In this document: piece by piece, positions 40,508 to 54,494 of the stretch
Layout: every line of letters starts with the position of its first letter
Numbering within the stretch: the stretch's first letter is position 1
Origin: Chiloscyllium plagiosum
Lineage: Eukaryota
DNA length: 64,000 bases
Reading direction: 5' to 3'
Assembly (NCBI RefSeq): GCF_004010195.1
Contig: NC_057728.1
Location: 42,513,484-42,577,483, forward strand
Notes under the pieces: model-generated
The model's database searches: none
The model's input: only the letters and a program-made list of their open reading frames with translations
Told to the model about the DNA's origin: nothing
Position numbers and translations under genes: made by a program

Positions 40508-41018
40508 CAAAGTTTGTGAGAAGATTTGTAGCTCGGGTGCTCGTTGCTGTGGCTCTGTTCACCGAGCTGGAAGTTTTTGTTGCAACGTTTCGTCCCCTGT
40601 CTAGGTGACATCCTCAGTATTCCCTGGCTGCTTTTTGTTTCGCTTGCCCTATAATGGTAGTGTTGTCCCAGTCAAATTCATGTTGCTTGTCGTCTGCGTG
40701 TGTGGCTACTAGGGATAGCTGGGACAACACTACCATTATAGGGCAAGCGAAACAAAGAACAGCCAGGGAATTCCTAGAAGCATGGCATTCATCCACAAAC
40801 TCCATCAACAAACACATAGACCTGGACCCAATATACCCGCCACTACAGCGGACAGCTGAAACTGACAACCGGAAGCGGCAGGGACAGGCCACTATAAATG
40901 CCGGAGGAAACACCACAGAAGCACTTCACAGAAGGCTCCCAAGCACTGAGGATGTCACCTAGACAGGGGACGAAACGTTTGCAACAAATACTTCCAGCTC
41001 GGTGAACAGAACCACAGC
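40508..41018 (+). mobile_element. Rearranged Penelope-like fragment with inverted pLTRs
   Basis: Same family as the 16 kb copy; flanking duplication ataaatgaaagtt at 40495-40507 and 41019-41031. Confidence 0.88.
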
Positions 41019-41249
41019 ATAAATGAAAGTTATTTGGTTTAAAGATATAGTGGTTTTGTGTATCATATTATTGTTGTAGCCACTAAGTTTCTTCCAAGCT
41101 TTTAAAATTGAATTTGCTACAACTGTGATGGAAGGAATGCATTGATATTCACAACTCCACATTAGTGTAAGTGTGTTGATTCAGTTCCCAAGATGGCCAA
41201 TTGTCTCTCTTTTGTACTACTATCTTAAAAAAAACAGCCACTTGGCCTC

Positions 41250-41495
41250 TGTAATGAACTCTAAATAAGGCCACAGATGCTGGTATTTCATTACCAAGTC
41301 ACCCTTTATTTACATGTGGAAAGCCCTTGACTCTGGCCCAGCCTCATCAATGTCAGCACCCAGAGTGTCAGATTCTTTGATGCTTCTCATTTTATCTGTC
41401 AGCCAGGGTTCCATGCTTAGATCAGATTAATAGCCCCAATCAGAGAACTCATACTCTATGATGTCCAGCTGGTTGGCCTTGTTATAATCACTACA
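41250..41495 (-). mobile_element. Possible solo LTR
   Basis: tgtaatga...tcactaca termini (TG...CA, 7/8 inverted match); AATAAA on the minus strand near 41305; target duplication poor. Confidence 0.45.
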
Positions 41496-43499
41496 CACTC
41501 AAAATAATCTGTTTCTTTTCAGCAAAACTTATTCTTAAAGCAAGTGCCAAACTCTGGTCAACACCTGATCTATGACACAGAATTAAAACTAGATTCCCTT
41601 AATTGCACAAACAGATTACACACACACAACACAAAAAGGCAAGTGAGATGATAGGGTTTTTTTAAAGGTAAAAGGAAGAAAATAATCTCCATCGTGTAAA
41701 CATCTAGAAACAAAGAATAGAATATGATCATTTTGCATGTCCACTTTTTTATGTTGCTAGAATTGAAATACTGACAGCTGTGGATTGATGATAGAAATTC
41801 AGTTCTGATTCTAATTGGCTTGGATTCAAGACTCGAAAGAATGGTCACAGTTTTTAGATTTTACTAGGTAGAAAGACTGGTATTTGGAAACTTTATGAGA
41901 ATTCCCAGAAACTTCCACTGAAAATAGAATTTCTCAAGAGAGTCTGTCATCCTTACGAGTATCTCCTTTATTCTGACCTGTAGAAGCAAACTTTAAGACT
42001 AGCGAGAGTTACTAGGCAGTCATTAGCATTGGGGCATCAGTTCTCTCAGAAAGTAGGGGTTATTTTTTCAGTCAATCAATAAACCCCATGTCTTAGCTCT
42101 TGTTTAGCCATTTCTCCAAATTACTTGATTTCAGCAAAATGTAGGTGGCTTACAGCACATATTAGACAGTTGATTTCAGTTTCCAAGAAGTCATATGATG
42201 AAACCAAAGAACATTAAAATAGTCTAAAATCTTCTAGTATTCCCAGATAGTCCTCAAACATAAATATGTATTCACTACAATTCACATTGTGAAGCAGATC
42301 ATCACGTTGCTGGGATGCAGTGTACCTTTATTTGACAAATCAAAGCTGAGAATAAATGTCTTAAAATGCAATAAATATGTGCTGCTAATGTTATTTATAG
42401 GCTCAGGCATACAACTTATAGCACAGATTTTGCTCACTGTTAATCTTTTTATTACTATTAACACAAAACTAAACTGTTAAATGCATGACAGATTTACTTA
42501 TAAAAAGCTCTTCAATCTAATACTCTTTCTGCTTATTTAAAGTATTGTGTGTGAAGAATTGTATGCTAATAAATGTAACACAGACAGATGATTATTACTT
42601 GGCCCACAAGCAAATTAGCATATGTTAAATAAGGTTAGAGAATTAAACACTTGTGGGAGAAATGGGTTTCGGTTTGTGTGCCTCCAGCCCAGTCCTTGAG
42701 GATATAGGAACTGCACCTTTGGGACATTCTTCACCTGAACCATTCTGAGACCAGTGTACTGGTCATATAACTGGTGTGGTTGAAAGGGATCAAGACTGAA
42801 AGAATGTGATAAATAACATATTGGATGTTGAGGTTTTCCCACAATCTAGTGTGTATGGTATATTATACTGAAATGTCATGGGCTATCCACAGTATGTCCT
42901 GATGATTTTTAGTTAGCACCAACATCTGATGAAAATCTTTCCTTTCTCAGGTCTATAAGGAGTTCTCCATTTGTTCATCAGAATCCTATTTTTAAATTCC
43001 AAAACTCCCTCTGTGTCAACTTCAGTTTGAGCCGACTGAACTGTTTAACTCTGGAATGACTTGCTAAACACAGAATCAGAGAAACTTATTGAACTTATTT
43101 CTTTTAGTTCATTCAAAATCCCAATGAATATTTCAAATAACCAAAGCTCTGTCCACGCTGCCAATTTGATGGAACTTGTTCAATCTTTGCTCGAGTCATT
43201 AAACATGTTGGAATTATTTCTGAAAACATTTTCTGTAATAACACTGTGTCATTGGCATCATTTGGTCATTTTGTGTTGCTTCGAAAAGCAACTAATTTTG
43301 TTCCATTTGTCTAAAATTAGTTACATTTTGTAAACCTTACAGGGAAAAATATTTCCATACCAAATACTTTGTACAAACTGACAAAGCAATTTTGATTAAG
43401 AAATCTGGCTCATTTCCCTTCTATTTTTATATTGTTATTACCCTGCTGCAATTGCACATTTTCTGCTTTGTGTTCTCTTGGATGAAAGCCTCAATTTTT

Positions 43500-43870
43500 T
43501 AATAGAATCGCTACAGTGTGGAAGCAGGCCATTTGGTCCAGACTGACCCTCTGAACAGCATCCTACCCAGACTCAACCATCCCCCCCACCCCCACCCCCA
43601 CCCCCACCCCCACCACCACCCTATCCCCTTAACCCTGCATTTCTCATGGCTAATCTACTTAACCTACACATCCCTGGACACTATGGGCAATTTAGCATGG
43701 ACAATCCTCCTAATCTGCACATCTTTGGACTATGGTAGGAAACTGGAGCACCGGGAGGAGACCCATGCAGACATGGGGGGAATGTACAAACTCCACACAG
43801 ACAGTCATTGGAGGCTGGCATTGAACCGGGGTCCCTGGCACTGTGAGGCAGCAGTACTAACCACCGAGCA
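43500..43870 (-). mobile_element. HE1-type SINE with an internal (CCCCCA)n expansion
   Basis: Reverse complement of the 22.8 kb SINE. Confidence 0.8.
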
Positions 43871-44254
43871 CCTTAACACACAATGAAGAAGCTGTGACTT
43901 TTCCCAAGAAGCCTGATTGTGGAAATGGTTAAGATGCTGATTTAAATAAAATAAACAAAAGTTAATTCCTTCTCATTTTTGTGGTGCATCAAACCTAATT
44001 TCCACAGGGGTTGGGTATGAGTAAGTGGAAACTTCAGAATAGCTGGTTATTCCATTAAAGTAACATGAAATGTATATGAGAAACTATCCATAAATACGGT
44101 GAACTGATGAAGCTATACATTCAGGAAAGATGGAAAATAGCTTCCTCTTTTTCTAAATTTTTTAGTGCCACTTATTTATAAAAGCATTTTGATGATTATA
44201 TATTTTATATGGATTTCTTGTATTTTAACCTTTACTTTATCTCAACATTGGCAG

Positions 44255-44374
44255 GGTAAAATGACAGGTTTGTGTGGAAATTTTGACCAAAATACTGCAA
44301 ATGACATGACTACATCAAACAACATGGAAGTGAGCAATGCTCAAGCTTTTGGAGATAGCTGGGCTCTTGGACAG
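44255..44374 (+). CDS. OTOGL: Otogelin-like exon I (GKMTGLCGNFDQNTANDMTTSNNMEVSNAQAFGDSWALGQ)
   Basis: ggcag| and |gtaaga; 120 nt, phase 0 to 0; GLCGNFD...FGDSW end of VWD; NDMTTSNN...FGDSWALGQ is OTOGL-type. Confidence 0.94.
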
Positions 44375-44834
44375 GTAAGAATGACAAGGACATAAAATGG
44401 TACAGAATAAGAAAGAAAAATTAGCCCATTAAGTCCATTGTGACATCATCCATTCTGTTTAGTTTAATCTGAGTGCTGTGAGTAACTGTAAGCAAAAACT
44501 TCAAGCAGATAATGTGAAACTTCTCTTGAACTGAGAAAGGGTAATTTCTCTAAATGCATTGAAACATTATAATCTATTGTTTAATCCTGCCCACTTTAGT
44601 TCATCAATGACATTCCTTGGCAACTCAGAACACAGTGGTGTATAGATTATTTGAAATTCTAAGTTGGTTGAAGATCTTCATCAGTTTGCTTTGAATTCGC
44701 TTTTATACAAGATTTATTAATATTAATACTGATATTAATATACTGTGCATGATGGTAAGACTATAGAACAACATGCTTCGTACTGTACAGGTTCAAATGT
44801 TCTAACAGAGTATCAGACCATCATTACTAATCAC

Positions 44835-45225
44835 GATGTGGAGGTGCCAATGTTGGACTGGGGTGAACAAAGTCAGAACTCACAAGACACCAGGTTATAG
44901 ACCAACAGGTTTATATAAAATCACAAGCTTTCAGAGCGTGGCCTCTTTGTCAGGCGCAGAGAGAGAAAAGTTCACAAACACAGAGTTTATAGACAGAGAG
45001 ATCAAGGACAGAGAAATCAAAAGGTCACACAGCTGGTGTGAGTGGAGTGTCAGATAATAAGTCTCTGCAGGTAACCAAGAATGTTAGACAATAAGTAAAG
45101 TGTCAACAGCTGAATAACCAGCGAAGGGATGATTTATAATCTGATTAAGTGAGACAGAGAGATAATTACAAAAAATTAAAGATAAGGTGGTGCTGGAGAC
45201 AAACTAAATGACTGGGTTAACATAC
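44835..45225 (-). mobile_element. Terminal fragment of another probable PLE-type family with a degenerate hammerhead (44924-44954)
   Basis: Minus strand CTGACAA-a-GAGGC-cac-GCTCT-GAAA-GCTT; flanks resemble a common shark repeat by recall only. Confidence 0.5.
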
Positions 45226-46039
45226 TAAGGTCACAGTCACATCACAGGTTACCTCAGACACTCATCCACATACTCATTAAACCTCTACAACTCCCCCCAA
45301 TACTTACTACTTCAACGTTTTGTCAACAGCATTGACTGAAACATTTAAATGAAGTGTTCCTTTTAACTGAAAGTATTTCCAGGCTCACCTCCTCCATCCA
45401 AAATTGGGAAGATCTTGCAATTCTCCCTGATCTGGTCAGTCAGAATTGGATGGGAGGGTGATGACCTGAAGGCTGCTCTAGAAATATACTTTCAGCAGCT
45501 GAAATGAAATAAGAGGAGTTAGTAACAATATTCCAAAGCTCTCAGTATTAAAAGGACCACTTTTTACTCATCAATAGGGTACTGCTTCCACTTGACTGGA
45601 GGCTAATTTCTTTTTGCTCTTCCATGAATACTTCAGTGGAAAAGGAGTACTGATATTGACAGGCTGCTGAATAGTGAGGTTGCATCATTGAAGAAGAATT
45701 GAGGAGTATCACGATTCAACTGCAGGAACAGCACAATGACATCTTGAGATTCTTGTGCTGTTTTCACAAGTTTAAGATGAAGAGAGGAATTAAATATTAG
45801 GAAGATTTTAAAGTGCACATACAAGCATGTGAACAAAGGGCTCAAGTATGTTATTCAACAACTTGAGCCTGCTCTGCCATTTAATCAGATCAGAGTTTTC
45901 AAGGCAAGTTTTATCATACTTGAAAAGTTAACTCTTTTCTCACATCAGACCTACTGAGTTTCTCCAACACTTTCTGTTGTTATTACAAAGAGATTAGCCC
46001 TGATCTAAACACCTACCCTTGATAACCTTTCACCTCCTG

Positions 46040-46415
46040 GAGCGTTGCTTTTCAGGCTGGAGGCCTGTGACCAGCAGTGTGCTACACGAATCAGTACTGG
46101 GTCCACTGCTTTCCATCATTTGTATAAATATTGTGCTGTGAATATAGGAGTTATAGTTAATAAGTTTGCAGATGATATCACAATTGGAGGTGTCACAGAT
46201 AGCGAAGAATGTTACCTCAGAGTACAACAGGATTTTGATCAGATGGGCTAATGGTCTGAGGAGTGGCAGGTGGAGTTTAATTTAAATAAATGTGAGATGC
46301 TGCATTTGGAAAGTCAAATAGATGGGACTAGATTAGGTTGGGATATCTGGTCGGCATGGACAGGTTGGACCGAAGGATCTATTTCCATGCTGTACATCTC
46401 TATGACTCTATGACT
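46040..46415 (+). mobile_element. Internally deleted CR1 fragment
   Basis: KFADDITIGG RT motif joined at about 46320 directly to the 3' UTR and (tatgactc)n tail. Confidence 0.8.
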
Positions 46416-49400
46416 GCTTGCTTACCAACAATCTACCTACCTCTACATTAAAAATGTTCAAAAACTCTGCTTCCACTGCCTTATCAGAAAGAGAATCCCA
46501 AAGACTCAATCCCTCTGTGACAAAAAAATAAATCACCTCATCTCCGTGTTAAAAGGGCAACCCCTTTTTTTCAACAGTGATCCTTACTTCTAGATTCCCC
46601 TATTGGAGGAAGAATCCCCTCCACATCTTCCCTGTCAAGACTACTCAGGATCTTACATGTTTCAATCAAGTCACCCTATACACTTCTCAGTTCCAGTGGA
46701 TGCAAACCCAGCTTGTCCAACTTTTCCTCATAAGAAAACCTGCCCATTCCAGGTAGGCCTTCTTTTAATAGTTTCCAATGCATGTACATCCTTCCTTAAA
46801 TAAGGTAACCAGTTCTATTCACAGTCCTCTCAAATGTGGTCTCACCAGTTCTCTGTATAACCTCACCACAGTTTTCTTTAATTAAATTCTCTTCACAATA
46901 ATTATAACACTCTATTAGATTAGATTACTTACAGTGTGGAAACAGGCCCTTCGGCCCAACAAGTCCACACCAACCCTCCGAAGAGGAGCCCACCCAGACC
47001 CATTCCCCTACATCTTACACTACATGCAATTTTGGATGGCCAATTCACCTAATCTGCACATTTTTGGACTGTGGGAGGAAACCGGAGCACCTGGAGGAAA
47101 CCCACGCTGACACGGGGAGAATGTGCAAACTCCACACAGATAGCCGCCTGAGACGGGAATTGAACCTGGGTTTCTTAATTATTTATTGCTCTTGCATGCT
47201 AGCATTGTGTGATTCATGTACTAGGGCCCAGATCCTTCTGCATTTCAGAGCTGTGCAAACTCTCATCATTTTAGATAATATGCTTTTTTTTTGTATTCTT
47301 CCTGCCAAAACAGACAATTTCATATTTCCCCACATTATATTCCATTTGCCAGATATTTGTCTAATGACAACCTGTCTATATATGACTTAGATTAGATTCC
47401 CTTCAGTATGGAAACAGGCCCTTCGGCCCAACAAGTCCACACAGACCCTCTGAAGAGTAACCCACCCAGACCCATTCCCCTACCCTATATTCACCCCTGA
47501 CACTATGGACAATTTAGTTTGGCCAATTCACCTGACCTACACATCTTTGGATTATGGGAGGAAACCAGAGCACCTGGAGGAAACCCATGCAGACACGTAG
47601 AGAATGTACAAACTCCACGCAGATAGTCACCTGAGGCTGGAATCGAACCCGGGTCCCTGGTGCTGTGAGGCAGCAGTGCTACCCACTGAGCCACCGTGCC
47701 ACCCCATGTTTGTAACATTCTTATATCCTGTTTGCCAGCAATTTTCTAACCATGCAATATGTTACACCAGGAACATAGGAACAGGAGTGGGCCATTCAGC
47801 CCCTTGAGCCCCATGCAATGATGTAATAGCCAATCTGTGGCCTAAATCCATATACCTGGCTTTAACCTATATTCCTTAATGCCTTTGTTTAACAAAAATT
47901 CATCTACCTCAGATTTGAAATTAATAACTGTTCCATCATCAACTGCCATTTATGGAAGAGATTTTCAAAAAGTTACCACCCTTCATGTGTAGAAGTGTTT
48001 CCTAGTATCTCTCCTGAATGATCGGGCTCTAATTCTTAGGCTACGCTGCCTAATTCTAGAATCCCCAACCAGTGGAATAATTTACCTTTATCTATCCTGT
48101 CTTTTCTTATTAATATCTTGAAGACTTTGATTTGATTGCATTTAACTTTCTACACTACAGAAAATAGGCCTAACTTATAAATCTCTCCTCATAACTTAAC
48201 CCCTGAAATCCAGGTATCTTTCTTGTAAGCCTACGTTGTACTCTCTCCAAGGCAAATATATCTTTCCGAAGGTGTGGCACCCAGATCTGCTCACAGCATT
48301 CCAAGTGTGGCCCAATCAGGATTTTGTATAACTGTAGCACAACTTCTGCATCCTTGTACTACAGCCTTTGAGATATAAAGGCCAGCATTGCATTAGTTTT
48401 CTTGATTATTTTCTGCACCAAGTGGTGACATTTTAAAGATTTGTGCACCTGAATCCCCGAGGCTCTTTAGAAATCAACTTCATACCATCTAGAAAGTACC
48501 CTTTTTATTCCAAAATGGTTAACTTCACACTTGTTTCCTTTGAACTCCATCTGCCTCAGTTTTGCCCATTCACTTAAGTCTACAATTTCCTTTAGTAATT
48601 TTATGCTATCATCTACAGAGGCTACCATGTTGTGAAACTTTGTGTCATTAGCAAATATGGGTATATGACTCTCTCTGCCATTACATAAGTTGTTAATAAA
48701 TAAGGTGAATAAATGAGCCCGAACACAGATCTTTGTGGAACACCACTGACAGCAGACAAATTGAGTCTACATTCTGTCACCTGGCACTCAACTAATTTCC
48801 CAACCATACCAGTAATTTGTCCTCAATTCCTCACTTTCCCTCACTTTCCCTCAATTCTGTGGTCTACTTAGTTAACAATCTCTTAAATGGGACTTTATCA
48901 AATCTTTTGTGGATGTCCATATAAACCAAGAATCATAGATATTCTGCAGCCCACTATCTTAGTCATCTATTCAAAAAGTTCAATGAGGTTGTTAGTCATG
49001 TCAGCTCTCCTTGATTAACTGAACATTTTTAAGGTACTCAGTTATCTAATTCATGACTACAGATTCCAACAGCTTCAACACCACAAATGTTAGGCTAACT
49101 TGTCTGTAATTCCCTAGTTTTCCTCATTCATTTTTTCTTAAAAAGCAGTGTGACGTGCAATTTCTGATCTAAAGGGACAACTCCTGTATTTAGGAAACTC
49201 TGGAAGATTATAGTTAGGGATCTACAATGTGCTCTCTTATTTCCTTAAACATCCTCAGATGGACCCCATCAGTTCCTGGCATTTGCCACTCTTTAATCCC
49301 ATTAGTTTCCTCATAACCAATGTTTTACTTGGGGTAATTTTATTCAGTCACTATTCCCAAACCACTATTAACTTCTTCAGGATTTATGGCAAGCGATGCT

Positions 49401-50695
49401 TCTTTTCTACTGTAAGTACTGATGCAAAGTAATTATTCAACATGTCTACCATTTCCCCAGTCATTCACAATATCCCCATTTTCAGACATAAGTTGGCCAG
49501 TATTGATCCTGACCACCCACTTTCCCTTGATGTAACTATAGCATTTCTTCTTACTGATTTTGACATATTTGCAGTTTCCTTCATATTCCTTTTTAGGAGC
49601 TGTTTGTGGCCCTTTGTTCATCTTTGTATCTTTCCCTTTCAGCAGCATATGTGCTGTTTTTTGCACTTTTTAAAGGCCCCTTCTTTTACTTTTATGCTTT
49701 CCCTCACCTCTTTCATTTTCAATGGCTGTTTTTTTCTCTGTGAAATGGAACTTTTCCTTTTTAGTGGGTATAAATTGGTCTTATATTGTGCTACATGTTT
49801 ATTTAAACATCCTCCACAGTTCTTCAGTTGTTTTACCCATCAGCAGATGTTCCCATTTTACTTTGGACAGTCACTGTTTCATCTCAGTAAAGTTGGCTTT
49901 TTCTGAATCTAAAACTCGAGTAGCTGATTCATGCTTTTCACTTCCAAGTGCTACATTGAACCCGATCATGTTATAATCCCTACTTGATAAATGTTCATGC
50001 ACAGTTAGGTTACTAATTAAATCCTGGCTTATTACTTGCTACTAAATACAATATTGCTTGTCACCTTGTTGTATCCAGGACATATTACTGTCAGAAGCTA
50101 TTCCAGACACATTCCAGAAAATCAATATCTTTCTGACAGTTCTTGTCTGCCTCTCCCAATCGATGTTAAAGTTAAAATCCCCCATTAGTACTACTCTTTT
50201 TGCAACAGCTTCCCTGATTTCTACATTTATACGATCTAGCACAACAGCTGCTATGAAAAGAGTCTGTACGTAAAATCAACTGCAAGTTTAGATCCTTACT
50301 TTCCTCAGTTCCAACCATACAGTCATCTTTGAATGCTTTCCCCTTATTATATCTCCCTCACTGTTGAAGTAGCCTTGCTTTCAATCAGTCAGGCTACTGT
50401 ACATCCTCTGCCATTTTTCCTGTCTGTTCTGTAAACCTAATAACATGATAAATTTAGTTTCCAATCCCGAAAATCTGAAGCCATGTCTCTTACATCTTAA
50501 TCTCCAATTCGAATTAGTGTCTATAGCTCATTTAATTTGCTCCTTACATTCTGTGAATTTGTATATAGAACTCTTATGTGGGCCATGCACTCTAACCTGT
50601 CCCTCAGCACTGATAGTTTATTCATCTGTTTATTATTACTGTCTTCCTGTATAATCAACATACTTCTTATACTTTTCTTATCTATTACCTGCTAT
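46416..50695 (-). mobile_element. Nested decayed CR1 LINEs (3' ends, RT and APE endonuclease regions), apparently continuing at about 53945-54280
   Basis: Minus-strand SGVPQRSVFG and VVLMGDFNFNIDWE motifs; a second 3' end near 47770. Confidence 0.78.
46915..47705 (-). mobile_element. Two HE1-type SINEs (about 46915-47170 and 47387-47705) inserted in a CR1 fragment
   Basis: ttagattag tails and ggaaacaggcccttcggcccaacaagtccacac ends. Confidence 0.85.
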
Positions 50696-53600
50696 TAGTG
50701 AGTTTTGAGAAGATTTGAGGTTCTAGATGTAGGTTTGCTCGCTGAGTTGGAAGGTTCATTTTCAGCTGTTTTGTCACCATACTACGTAACATCATCAGTG
50801 AGCCTCCGGATGAAGTGCTGATGGAATGGCCCACTTTCTATTTATGTGTTTAGGTTTCCTTGGGTTGGTGATGTCATTTCCTGTGGTGACGTCATTTTCT
50901 GTTCTTTTTCTCAGGGCGTGGTAAATGAGATCCAAGTCAATGTGTTTGTTGATAGAGTTCCGGTTGGAATGCCAAGCTTCTCGGAATTCTCATGCATGTC
51001 TGTGTTTGGCTTGTCCTAGGATGGATGTGTTGTCCCAGTCAAAGTGGTATTCTTCCTCATCTGTATGTAAGGATACTATTGAGATGGGTCATGTCTTTTT
51101 GTGGCTAGTTGATGTTCATGTATCCTGGTGACTAATGTTCTGCCTGTTTGTCCAATTAGATTCCCTACAGTATGGAAACAGGCCCTTCGGCCCAACAAGT
51201 CCACACTGACCATCTGAAGAATAACCCACCCAGACCTATTCCCCTACCCTATATTTACCCCTGCATAGTCAATTCACCTGACCTGCACATCTTTGGATTG
51301 TGGGAGTAAACCGGAGCACCCGGAGGAAACCCACACAGATACGGGGAGAATGTGCAAACTCTACATAGACAGTCGCCCGAAGCGGGAGTTGAACACGGTC
51401 CCTGGTGCTGTGAGGTAGCAATGCTATCCACTGAGCCAGCACGCTGCCCCAACCACTGAGCCACCATGCTGCCCCATAGTGTTTGTTACAGTTCTTGCAA
51501 GGTATTTTGTAAATGAATAAGTTTTGTTTGTTGTCTGTATAGCTGCTGTTCCTTAGCTGCTGTTTTAGTGTGTTAGTGGGATTGTAGGCTACCATGATGC
51601 CAAGAGGTCTGAGTAGTCTGGCAGTCATTTCTGAGATGTCTTTGATGTAGGGGAGTATGGCTAGGGTTTCTGGACATGTTTTGTCTGCTTGTTGGATTTG
51701 TTGCTGAGAAATTGGCAGACTGTGTTTATTAGGTACCTGTTCTTTTTGAACACACTATATAGGTGATTTTCCTCTGCTCTGTGCTGCAGTGTGTGGTGGC
51801 TAGTTGAAATAATGTTCTAAATGTCTTAAATACAACCCCCCTTAACACACCACTAGCCAAAAGAATAGCAGAGCAAAATGGCCACAGAATGCTTAGAGAA
51901 ATGATTAATGATGCTCATAACAGACTTTGTAAATACAACCAGGAAATTTTACACCAAAAAATGTGACTCACTAATGCAACAGACCATGAATGGACCGACA
52001 TAGAATTACAAGCCATGGACATTAGACAGTGCCAAACACACAAATGAAAAAAACTAGACCTGCAGAAAAAGCTAGAGAAACTTACACAAAATAACAACAT
52101 GGACAACACAGAAACATGGATAAAAACTGATCTGACCAACCCTTAACAGACACTGAAATAACCATATTAGTAAGAGGATTAAATTGCAACTTCCAGGATA
52201 CAGACAAGAACGATTTCTTAGCAGTGTTAGAAACAGCACTGAAAGATAACCAACTCACAGAAGAAACCCAGCAAACTATCAGATTGGCAGTCACATTGAC
52301 ATTAAGCAGGAAAAAGGAAGGAAACACACTCAGTACACAAGAAAGAAAAGTGCTAGAAAGACTAAAAAAAAGATAAAACATTGTTATCCTACCTACAGAC
52401 AAAGGGCACTTGACAGTCATTTTAAATCAAAGAGACTACATTAAGAAAGCAAATGCACTACTTGCAGATACCAACACTTACGAACATGTGGCGATAGACC
52501 CAACCCCACAACTAGAGAATCGAATCACAGCCCTATTCAAAAAACATCAGAAATCTGGAGACATATATAAGACCGACTTCCAAAAAATGAAACCAGTCGG
52601 ATCCAACATGCCACGCTTCTACGGAATACCCAAAATTCACAAACCAGGAGCTCCCCCTCAGAACCATAGTCTTGCTACCTGGAACGCCAACTTACACCAA
52701 ATATCACCAACTTCATGAGCAAGGACATTATCATCAAGCTAGTGGACCTATGCATTACCACCGTCAACAACAAAACCGACAGACAAACCAATGGAACACC
52801 CATGGGATCTCCGATATCAGGGTTCTTAGCAGAGGCAGTAATGCAGAGACTTGAACAAACAGCTCCGCCAACCATCCAAGCCAAACTTTGGGTCAACCAC
52901 GTGGATGAAACCTTCGTCATCACTAAACGAAACAAATTAAAGGAAACCTTCATGACCATCAATAATACTCTTACTGGCATAAAATTCACTAAAGAGGAGG
53001 AAAACAACAACAAATTGCCATTCCTAGATGTCGCAGTAGAGCGAACAGCCAATGGGGAACTTCAAACTAGCGTTGACAGGAAAACAACACATACTGACCA
53101 AATACTGACTACAGAAGCAATCATCCCAATACCCACAAACAAAGCTGCATTAGAACATTATTTCAATGAGGCACCACACACTGTAGCCCAGAGGAACTAC
53201 GCAGAACAGAGGAAAATCACCTATACAGTGTATTCAAATGGAACGAGTACCCGATGAACACTGTTCGCCAATTTCTCAGCAACAAACCCAAACAAGCAGA
53301 CAAAACACATTCAGAAACCCTAGCCACTCTCCCCGACATCAAAGACACCTTAGAAATGACTGCCAGACTACTCAGGCCCCTTGGCATCATGATAGCCTAC
53401 AATCCCACCAACACATTAAAACAGCAGCTAATGAACTTGTAAAACCCAATACAGACAACAAACAAAATGTATATCATTTACAAATAACTTGCAAGAACTG
53501 TAACAAGCGCCAGGATACATGAACATCAACTAGCCACAAAAAGACATGACCCACTCTTAATAGTACCTTTATATATAGATGAGGAAGGACACCACTTTGA

Positions 53601-53932
53601 CTGGACAACCCATCCATCCTCAGACAAGCCAAACAGAGACATGCACAAGAATTTCTAGAAGCATGGCATTCAAGCCATAACTCTATCAACAAACACATTG
53701 GCTCAGATTTCATTTACCACCCTTTGAGAAAAATAACATGAAATGACATCACCGCAGGACATTGCATCACCACAGGAAATGACATCACTGACCCAAGGAA
53801 ACCTAAACACATAAATAGGAAGCGGGCCATGCCTACCAGTGCTTCATCAGGATGCTCACTGATGACATTATCTAGTATGATGACGAAATGTCTAGAAATG
53901 AACCTTCCAGCTCGGTGAGCAAACCTACACCC
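50696..53932 (+). mobile_element. Long decayed Penelope-like element: inverted 3' copy (about 50696-51810) followed by a forward RT + GIY-YIG + pLTR copy
   Basis: PRFYGIPKIHKP, QTNGTPMGSPISGFLAE, WVNHVDETFV (decayed YVDD) and KLPFLDV motifs, with frameshifts and stops; flanking attacct(g/a)ctat at 50684-50695 and 53933-53944. Confidence 0.9.
51156..51475 (-). mobile_element. HE1-type SINE inserted into the Penelope-like element
   Basis: Interrupts the reverse GIY-YIG segment between tgtcc|aat and agtgtttg; the SINE head is partly duplicated. Confidence 0.85.
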
Positions 53933-54494
53933 ATTACCTACTATACCTAAAGTAGGTTTCCAGACTGTCTTTACTCTCTATCCTCTTACCTAATTTTGAA
54001 ACTGTATTGATTTCCTCCAACTCCTCCAACCATTTAGTAGTTTAATGTCTTTGTGACCACCCTATTTAGTCTTTCAGCAATAATCTTTGTTGTGATCTAA
54101 GTAAAGTACATCCACTGATTCCCTTTGTCCAGTAGATAATATTTTTTCAAAGAACACCAATACACTGAATTGACATCATTTCCCTTTCACAAAATCATGT
54201 TTATTGCCTGATTATCCTGAACTTACTTCAGTGCCCTACCAAAACATCTTCAATAAAGCTTCTAACATTTCTCACCCATCCTTTATTACCTCTGGAGAAG
54301 GTAATAAAGGATGGGTGATAAAGCTGCCTTCTTGAACCACTGCAATCCTTGGGGTGTAGGGATACGGACAGTGCTGTTAGGAAGGGGGTTCCAGTAATTT
54401 GACCCAGCGACAGTGATGGAATGGTGATGTACTTCCAGCACCCCAACCTGAAGTATTGTTCTTTGCACCAAACCTGCTTTGTTTAATGGTCAGT

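Noticed and set aside
44255..44290. Loss of the first Cys of the CGLCG motif (MTGLCGNFD)
   Set aside because: By recall, mammalian OTOG and OTOGL also lack this Cys here, so it is a family trait.
52410..53720. Active or domesticated Penelope reverse transcriptase
   Set aside because: The catalytic YVDD reads HVDE, and there are multiple frameshifts, stops and deletions.
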